Source: Candidatus Binatia bacterium (GTDB taxonomy: Bacteria > Desulfobacterota > Binatia > HRBIN30). Taken from it: a stretch of DNA of 64,000 bases. The position numbers and the translations under genes were made by a program. Where the stretch lies: the NCBI GenBank assembly GCA_038245295.1, contig JBBRSP010000005.1, positions 196,916 to 260,915 on the forward strand, in the 5' to 3' direction. The notes under the pieces were generated by a model. It saw nothing but the letters and a program-made list of their open reading frames with translations. It was not told the origin of the DNA and ran no database searches. How positions within the stretch are numbered: the stretch's first letter is position 1; the number at the start of each line of letters is the position of its first letter. Positions 58,201 through 64,000 of the stretch are shown piece by piece.

Positions 58201-61200
58201 TCGACAACGGCGTCACGTTGCACCTGACGGCGCCGGCCCAATGCATCGTACAGAGCGTGCGCGCTCACCAGACGCAACGACGACGACGGCTCCTCCTGCG
58301 TCGACACCACGTCGCTCAACAGACCCGGCCCACCGATCACGTAGCGATACTGCGTATGCGGCGCGGCCAGGGTGTTTCCTGGACGCAATGTCGCCGCCGG
58401 TCGACAGAAGCTGTCGTGCAGATACTGAATCAGCGGCTGACGGGTGACGTCCTGGTCGGAACGATAGGGGAAGGTTTCCGCGCGCCTCATGCCACACGCC
58501 GGATCGTACTGTGTCGTCACTTGAAACTGCAGGGCATTGAACACGGTCTCCGGATAAAGGTGCGTATCGGCGTCATAGGTCGTGCGTGTTTCTGCGCCGG
58601 CCGGATCGCGCAGCAGGGTCAGATTGCCAAAGCCCGGCCGATTGTCGTTGTCGTAGTAGGACAACGTGCGCACGCAGTAGCCCTGCCCTTCCGGGCACGG
58701 TCCGCCGATGGGCAGACCTGGCTTCGCCGTCCGATCGAGCCAGACCCAAATGGACGAGACGTTGCCACGCAGCGGAGGGCTGCCAAACGGGGATTGGTCG
58801 TAAGCCAGCCACTTGGCTTCGAGGGTTGGCGCCGCCGCGGTCGTGCCAGCGACGGTGCGCGCGTGCAGCGGGCGATCGACGAGGTAAAGACTCGCATCGT
58901 CGCGCTGTAGATAGTCGGTAAACGCGTCGACCGGCGACGTCGCCGTGCCGAACGAGCGCGAGTGGATGACGTTGCCGAAGCGATCCCACGCCAGATTGCG
59001 CTGCGCCATGCCGTGACTGATTTGGCCGTTCGACGTGGCGAACCGCTGCGTCTCCGCAAGTCGCACCCAGGCATGTTGGTCCGCCGTTGCCTGCGCCGGA
59101 CAGCTGTTCAGCGCAGGGCAACGAGCTGCATCTTGCCGACAACTGGGATCGTCGAGGTCGATGCAACTCCAGTCATAGTAGCTGTAGCTCAGCAACTCGT
59201 CCTTCGAGTCGTCCAAGACAGCCTCACTCTCGGTGCGACCACGCCGCAACGCGTCCTGATGGAAGAAGGTGTCGTGGCGACTACCTGCGTTCGAGCTGCG
59301 CACGGTGCGAAAGCCGCGGAACTCGCGCGCCGCCGCATCATACAGTCCGTAGGCGTATTCGATGTCGGTGCGCAGCCAATGCTCGCCGCCACCGAGGCAG
59401 GCCGTTGCCGTGCACATACCGTCGTCGCGTTCGATGCTCGAAAGTGTCCACGTTAGAAACGGCAGGCGTGGTGTCCCCTGCGCATCCGTATTGTCCCATT
59501 CGGTCGACGGGCGATAGGTCAGGTACGTCGAGCCGCCGATGCCGTTCTCCATCTGGGTCATCAAGTCAGGCCGCCCATACTCCGGAACCGCGGCTACTAC
59601 GGCGCCGTGCTCCACACAGCGACCGTCAGCGCCGCTGGCGCACCAGGCACCGGCCGCGTTGCGGGCGATGGCCAGCGGCGCCGTCGTGAAATCAACTTGA
59701 TCGACCATGCCGTCGCCGTCGATGTCGAAGACGTCGGTGAAGGTCTTGCCGCCGCCGTTGCGCTGATGATCGTCGAGATCACGGATCCAGGCCCGCGCCG
59801 CCGGCCAGACCTGCGGCGCAGAAAAGCCACCGCCGCGATTGAGGTACACCTGCCAATTGGGATGGGTATTGCTGTAACCGCAACTGTCGACGACGTCGGG
59901 CAGGCCGTCGCCATTGATATCGAAGAAGTCGCGGACGACGTCGGTGCCGTCGTACACCGCCTGCCGCAGGCCGTTCCAGCGGTCCTTGCTGCCCCACACA
60001 CAGGCGCTCGAGGGCAGCGGCCACAGTTCCTCCGATCCCATTCCGAAACCACTGTGCAATCGCACCCGCCACGCGCCGCTGTAGGCGCCACCGCCGGAGC
60101 GGTTCCAGGTCATGACCTGATCCGGCAAGGCGTCGCCGTTTACATCGACGAGCCCGAGCACCTGAAGGCCGGAGTCGGTCGTAAAGCGCAAGGGGCTATA
60201 GGCGGTGCCGAAGCTGTAGGCGTCGACATCGAAACCGTTGCCGGTGTTACGCCACACATGCCAGGGGGCACCGCTCTGCACGAGATCGGGTAATCCGTCG
60301 CCGCTCATGTCGATCAAATCAACGTCATCGGAGGTGCCGTCCCAACCGAGGAAATGTTGTCGCGATTGCGTCAGTCGCAATTCATTGATCGGCGCGTACC
60401 AGAATATCGCGGGGCCAAAACCGCCGTTGCTGGTGCTGGTCGCCGGGTAGCCAGGGTAGACCCTCCAGTAGGGCGATTGCCGCGACCATGCGGACACGTC
60501 GATGAAGTCGGGGATGCCGTCACCGGTAAGATCCATCGTGTCATAGACGAATCGCGCCTCGGCATCGTCGACGTCATAGGCCCGGATATGGCAGGGGTCA
60601 GCGAGACGCGCGGTGTCCCAGGCGGTGGCCGTCGTCGCAAACCCGGCTGGCGAGCCGCGGTAGACTTGCCAAGCCGTGGTGCACGTTGTCGTGTCGATGA
60701 GATCAGCGAAGCCATCACCGTCGATATCGAAGATCTCGCGCACCGTCGGGTGCCAGGCGCCGAACTGCTGTGTCCAACGTCCAACGCCATCGCTCAGCAC
60801 AGTCGGGCGCGTCGCGTCTTGCACACGGCCGAAGCCCAGGCCGTCGGCCGAGTCGCGATAGAGGAACGTTGTCGAGGCGGGCTCGCCATCGGCGCGCGCC
60901 AACGCCTCGCCGTTGGCGTCGAACAAGGTTACGGCCGTGAGGTACGACCGGCGCGCCAGGTGTTCCGCGCCTTCGACTTCGAAGTCGTACTGGAGCTGAT
61001 ACGAGCGCACCACGGCAGCGTTGAACGACACCTCGACACTCGCGAGCAGGCGCGTCAGCCGCGCCGGGAAACTGCCGCTACTGTTCAACACCAGATCGTC
61101 GCACGGTCGCGATGCGGTAATTCCACCCGGACAAGGGTGTGCCGTGCCCCAGACGAAACGCACTTCGAACGGCGGAGCAAAGCCCGTGGCACTGTTCCCC

Positions 61201-61889
61201 CCATAGAGGATGCGATCCGGATAGGAGACGTTGTGGTCGCTGTCGTAGAGTACCTGGAGGTAGTTGCCGTTGGGATCTTCGACGCGTGTCAGGGCCCATA
61301 CGAACGGCAGGCAACCGTCATCCGGGTAGATCGGCGCGCGCGCCGTCTGCACGTCGCCGAACCAGTACCGCAGGCCACTCTTGTCGCGCACCTCCCAATG
61401 CGGCGTCGCCGCGTGCCATTCGATGCGCAGGAACTCCGATTCGATCAGCGGCACACAGCGTTGCGTCGTGGCATCGAGGCGACATTCGATGCTGCGATCC
61501 GGCAGGACCAGAACAAAGTCGCGCTGGCTGCGCGGATCGTCGCACGCCAGGATACCGTTCTTGCTCTGGCGCTGGATGCGGCCGAGCGGCAGGTCCCAGC
61601 CGAAGCCGTACGGACTCGTGGCGCCGCTGCTCGAGTACGTAAGCGCCAAACTCGGAGTCAGGCCCCTGCGCCCAGGCGGCACTTCGATCGGCACGGCGCT
61701 GGTCGCCGCGCCGACGAAGAGATTCGCCTCCGGGGCGCGCGCCAGACCGGTGAACGGCGTCGAGCCGTCGCCGGTGTTCGAACCGCTGGCGCGCAGTGGT
61801 TGCGCGTTGGCGACAGTGATCGATACGGCAACGACGGTGCTGCACAATGCCGCGCGACCAACACTTCTCAATCCTCGCCTGCTGCTCAT
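55218..61889 (-). CDS. SpvB / FG-GAP / TcB-mid / RHS-YD (TcB-TcC-like fusion) protein with glycine-zipper and HExxH C-terminal cargo
   Basis: Signal peptide; VPPGRRGLTPSLALTYSS..GFGWDL; D.DGDG.PD repeats; REFRGF; YD repeats; HLDHLNST; ARVYDP..G.FLTADP; NPISATDPSG; HELRH. Confidence 0.9.
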   Translation of the reverse strand: MSSRRGLRSVGRAALCSTVVAVSITVANAQPLRASGSNTGDGSTPFTGLARAPEANLFVGAATSAVPIEVPPGRRGLTPSLALTYSSSGATSPYGFGWDLPLGRIQRQSKNGILACDDPRSQRDFVLVLPDRSIECRLDATTQRCVPLIESEFLRIEWHAATPHWEVRDKSGLRYWFGDVQTARAPIYPDDGCLPFVWALTRVEDPNGNYLQVLYDSDHNVSYPDRILYGGNSATGFAPPFEVRFVWGTAHPCPGGITASRPCDDLVLNSSGSFPARLTRLLASVEVSFNAAVVRSYQLQYDFEVEGAEHLARRSYLTAVTLFDANGEALARADGEPASTTFLYRDSADGLGFGRVQDATRPTVLSDGVGRWTQQFGAWHPTVREIFDIDGDGFADLIDTTTCTTAWQVYRGSPAGFATTATAWDTARLADPCHIRAYDVDDAEARFVYDTMDLTGDGIPDFIDVSAWSRQSPYWRVYPGYPATSTSNGGFGPAIFWYAPINELRLTQSRQHFLGWDGTSDDVDLIDMSGDGLPDLVQSGAPWHVWRNTGNGFDVDAYSFGTAYSPLRFTTDSGLQVLGLVDVNGDALPDQVMTWNRSGGGAYSGAWRVRLHSGFGMGSEELWPLPSSACVWGSKDRWNGLRQAVYDGTDVVRDFFDINGDGLPDVVDSCGYSNTHPNWQVYLNRGGGFSAPQVWPAARAWIRDLDDHQRNGGGKTFTDVFDIDGDGMVDQVDFTTAPLAIARNAAGAWCASGADGRCVEHGAVVAAVPEYGRPDLMTQMENGIGGSTYLTYRPSTEWDNTDAQGTPRLPFLTWTLSSIERDDGMCTATACLGGGEHWLRTDIEYAYGLYDAAAREFRGFRTVRSSNAGSRHDTFFHQDALRRGRTESEAVLDDSKDELLSYSYYDWSCIDLDDPSCRQDAARCPALNSCPAQATADQHAWVRLAETQRFATSNGQISHGMAQRNLAWDRFGNVIHSRSFGTATSPVDAFTDYLQRDDASLYLVDRPLHARTVAGTTAAAPTLEAKWLAYDQSPFGSPPLRGNVSSIWVWLDRTAKPGLPIGGPCPEGQGYCVRTLSYYDNDNRPGFGNLTLLRDPAGAETRTTYDADTHLYPETVFNALQFQVTTQYDPACGMRRAETFPYRSDQDVTRQPLIQYLHDSFCRPAATLRPGNTLAAPHTQYRYVIGGPGLLSDVVSTQEEPSSSLRLVSAHALYDALGRRRQVQRDAVVDGLATAIVSDTVDLDVMGRVARSYAPFTAARPGVGAYISPPSAGGAESFGYDAAGRQIYVQHPDQSLRRVRYDGWSTTTTDECFNDGRCAGAKTIVVADAFGRVVEKQTYDGSRFVSGLRFAYDGLGRLLSTTQGTMPRAWNAATTVTMEYDSLGRKIRLTDPDSGLWQYGYDLAGNLIFQDDPQVGRHTESCFDALKRPTQRFYVVTDSFTGRCATQLPGDVSYRYDSYADGFYDFSDGNTALGRLTSVVDESGTTSTHYDRLGRSIDVMTTINSPDGGPSTARVGYVYDNRDRVTLMTYPDGERVRYRYDASGQVQSVKGKKVYLRRMKYDVFGRPRLIEHGNHTADRRDYGGVAERNRLAAIETRRGTNLLLAYRYGDYSLTGQLSSVEDVGPTGGNPETSNSMELGYDGLGRLTSCRTGGDQRPLTYRHDGLGNLVFKEGHTLTYETARPHVLAAVDGVVGDIEHDANGNRVMRAGTSLSFDAEDRLVSINNDAVRYAYNNEGRRVLRVSADGSTTFYFGRIAKIEDGLLSKFYYVGDLLIASQQSRPLERAAAVRSPSWIGGALPTGVVQHYHLDHLNSTHLVTDRRGRVVEQVRYTPYGEVWARFGANAEPLPSPPCVGGQSCRSFTGFASDPAAPLQDAGARVYDPQLGLFLTADPARQFPSPYSYAGGNPISATDPSGAFFGIDDAIFAVVLAVVGNPTVVAVVGGAAQGALVGAAIGGIHAAATGGPVLRGIGLGAGLGALTGGAGGAGGVGAAVAVGAGVSAVRAVLQNQNPLTAALIGAATGALGFFGGELGPVAGDGAAGYLSNAALEIGAQATVGAVGGGLSGLAAGAGFGGGAAEGAAFGATGTSLEVLALGAKAPVPHGEQALHQEFNQQSWYDRSGLLLTMPVFGSFQFRVGALLPRLGDRNAMTLGANVSSAGGSLDLRTLAHELRHVAQAQTLGTLSMGLEYSRIVPAQIHYSMTGELGELYRSSSALGVRLEPRY

Positions 61890-62010
61890 GGCATGACTCC
61901 CCGACTGCTTCCTGGGCTCCCGGTCGTGCCGGAGAGGGGAAGCGTATCGATTTCCACTGGCGCCGGGTTCGTCATCCCCGCGAAGCCCCGTCGTCCCGGC
62001 GCACCAGTTG

Positions 62011-62334
62011 TCAGTTCAGAAGATCGCCGCCCGGACGCGGCAGCGGATCACGTGGCGGTGGGGTCGTAGTGTGCCCCGCCGCGCCGCCGCTGCGGCCGCG
62101 CAGACCGCCACGTTCGCTGTACGAGCGATTGCGGCCGCGCATCTGCTCGACGCGCGACCCGAGCGCCGAGCGCACTTGCTCGTGAGTCAGACCCGGAGCA
62201 CGCAGCGGCACCAAACGCGTGCTCGGGCCGCCATAGGCCGCTGCCACCGCCGGGAGCGCCACGACGCATACAGCCGGCAGCAACCGGCGCAGCTGGGTTG
62301 AGATCGCGCTGCGATGTTTCATCCCTTGTTCCAT
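62011..62334 (-). CDS. Small putative exported protein upstream of the RHS gene
   Basis: GGAGG RBS at 62341-62345; signal-like VCVVALPAVAAA. Confidence 0.45.
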   Translation of the reverse strand: MEQGMKHRSAISTQLRRLLPAVCVVALPAVAAAYGGPSTRLVPLRAPGLTHEQVRSALGSRVEQMRGRNRSYSERGGLRGRSGGAAGHTTTPPPRDPLPRPGGDLLN

Positions 62335-62544
62335 CTCGAACCTCCTTTGGCGGGCGGCATCACCGCCACCCGCGGTTGATGCAGGAGGAAGAAGGCAATT
62401 GGCGCGCCAACGCGGCAGTGCAGAGGAGTAATACGCGGCGCGGCGCAGGCGTACTCAGCGCGATGGGCGAGGCGGCCTCAGGTAGATGACGGCTTTGCAG
62501 CGAGTGGCAGCGGCCTGTGGGCGCGGGTTTTAGAACTCAGTTGA

Positions 62545-62622
62545 CCGCAGGCTGAAGCCTGCGCCTACCACGCTGAATGGGCAGGGGAATCGAAACCGGT
62601 AGGCGCAGGCTTCAGCCTGCGG
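62545..62622. repeat. GTAG-type REP doublet
   Basis: CCGCAGGCTGAAGCCTGCGCCTACC and its perfect inverse GGTAGGCGCAGGCTTCAGCCTGCGG. Confidence 0.82.
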
Positions 62623-62713
62623 AGTGCGGCGACGCGAAGTGTTGGGGAAAGCCAGTCAAGGATGAGCCTAGAGACGGCTAACCAGTGGCATCGTTTTCCG
62701 ATTTACGACCAAC

Positions 62714-63610
62714 TCAGTCGGCCATCACCTCGGGCAGCAGAAACCGTCGTATCGCCGTCACCAGCTCGCGCGGCCGATCGAAGTGCACCATGTGACCGGC
62801 GCCGGGAATTTCGACGAACTGGTGATCGCGGAAACAGCCGAGGCGGCGGTGCAGATCGTCGGGCTCGAGGTAGATGGCGCCGGCCTTGGAGCGCCAGAAC
62901 TCACCCGACTCGCCGCCATGAACGATGAGTGTCGGCGTCGCGATGCGGCGCCACAGGGCCATGCTGTAGTCGAGGTTGTAGGGACCGTTGAGCGACATGG
63001 TGCTGAGCATGGCGTCGAACTTCCATTCGAGCGTGCCGTCTTCGCGGGCCCGCGTGCCGACCAGGGCAAGCTCGCGGGCGCGGTTCTCCGGCAGACGCGG
63101 GTTACGTTCGCGCAAGCGCTGGTAGGCGGCCTCGAGGTCCTTCAAGCCGGGATGCCCATTGAGGGCGCGATCGATGCGCGCGAAGCCGTCGATCGTCCAC
63201 TTCACTTCCTCGTTCATGTCGACCGGCGGCGGCCCGAGACCTTCGATGATCACCAGGCGCGAGGCGATCTCCGGGAAGCAGCCGGAGAAGTGGCCGACGA
63301 CTTCGCCACCCATCGAGTGGCCGATGAGCACCGGCTTCTCGAGACGCAGGGCGCGGATGAGATTGTGCACATCGAGCTCGAAGTGACCGAACGAGTAGTA
63401 GGGTGTGGTCTCGGAATCGCCGTGACCGCGCAGGTCGAGAGCGATCACATGGAAACGATCGAGCAGACTGCGCGCCAGGTCGTCGAAGGAATGCGAGTGG
63501 TCGCGCAGACCATGGACAATCACCAGCGGCGGTGCGCCGGCGTTGCCCCAGTCGCGGAAGTGGACCCGCAAGGTACCGCTACGAAAGAAGCGCTCGCTAT
63601 ATTCCGGCAT
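62714..63610 (-). CDS. Alpha/beta fold hydrolase
   Basis: VIVHGLRDH, DLRGHGDS, IGHSMGG, IPGAGHMVH. Confidence 0.92.
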   Translation of the reverse strand: MPEYSERFFRSGTLRVHFRDWGNAGAPPLVIVHGLRDHSHSFDDLARSLLDRFHVIALDLRGHGDSETTPYYSFGHFELDVHNLIRALRLEKPVLIGHSMGGEVVGHFSGCFPEIASRLVIIEGLGPPPVDMNEEVKWTIDGFARIDRALNGHPGLKDLEAAYQRLRERNPRLPENRARELALVGTRAREDGTLEWKFDAMLSTMSLNGPYNLDYSMALWRRIATPTLIVHGGESGEFWRSKAGAIYLEPDDLHRRLGCFRDHQFVEIPGAGHMVHFDRPRELVTAIRRFLLPEVMAD

Positions 63611-64000
63611 GCGGGCTGGTTAGCAGTATCGGCCGGTGTGGTCTCCCCTCCCTTGGCCCCTGCGGGCCTGGGCGGGGGCACGGGCGCGGGCGGGGATGTC
63701 TCATAATGTACACCACGTAAGCCCAAAGCGGACCCGCTTCAGAGGTCTCAGCCGGACAGCCTCATCGCCGAGTGAAAACCCCTTATATTTCAATGCCCCT
63801 CGACGGATTTCGCCGAAAAACGTTGAGTTGAACTAAGCCGCTACGCGGCAGCTCGTTCGGTCCCTGTTGTGGCCACTGCCCACCGTCTGCAGTTCGATCA
63901 GTAATAACGCTGCCTGCGGCTTTCGCGCTCGACGCGCGCCGTTCCAGACTCTGGCAGCGCACCCGATGGCCGGGTGCCTCAACCAGAGGAGGAACGCAAT

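Noticed and set aside
63986..64000. AGGAGG RBS followed by AT at the window edge
   Set aside because: Probably the start of a gene outside the window; nothing to annotate here.

Overview
GC-rich bacterial chromosomal window. Repeated C-x-G-D-C-[ND]-x-D dockerin-like tags, PT-linker Cys-rich surface proteins, an F420 reductase and carD-ispD point to a deltaproteobacterium-like lineage, probably Candidatus Binatia/Binatota (inference, no search run). Housekeeping genes (HU, ino1, npdG, lhgO, cysK, larE, ispD, carD, ABC-F, MMPL) are mixed with accessory loci. (1) A six-gene, translationally coupled porin-multiheme cytochrome operon with 35 CxxCH motifs, led by a dockerin-tagged MtrC/OmcA-type decaheme protein, with no MtrA/MtrB. 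(2) A divergent glycyl-radical enzyme with its activase. (3) A wHTH-STAND regulator followed by a gene pair that looks like a split bacterial large-lipid-transfer (vitellogenin/MTP/apoB-like) protein. (4) A signal-peptide SpvB/FG-GAP/RHS protein with an HExxH cargo. (5) A NIDO-like plus disintegrin-like repeat surface protein broken by a microhomology deletion. Intergenic DNA holds a 160-bp MITE family that inserts into REP-hairpin loops, duplicates the loop and carries its own target, producing nested arrays. No rRNA, tRNA or CRISPR array was seen. All family calls come from reading motifs by eye.
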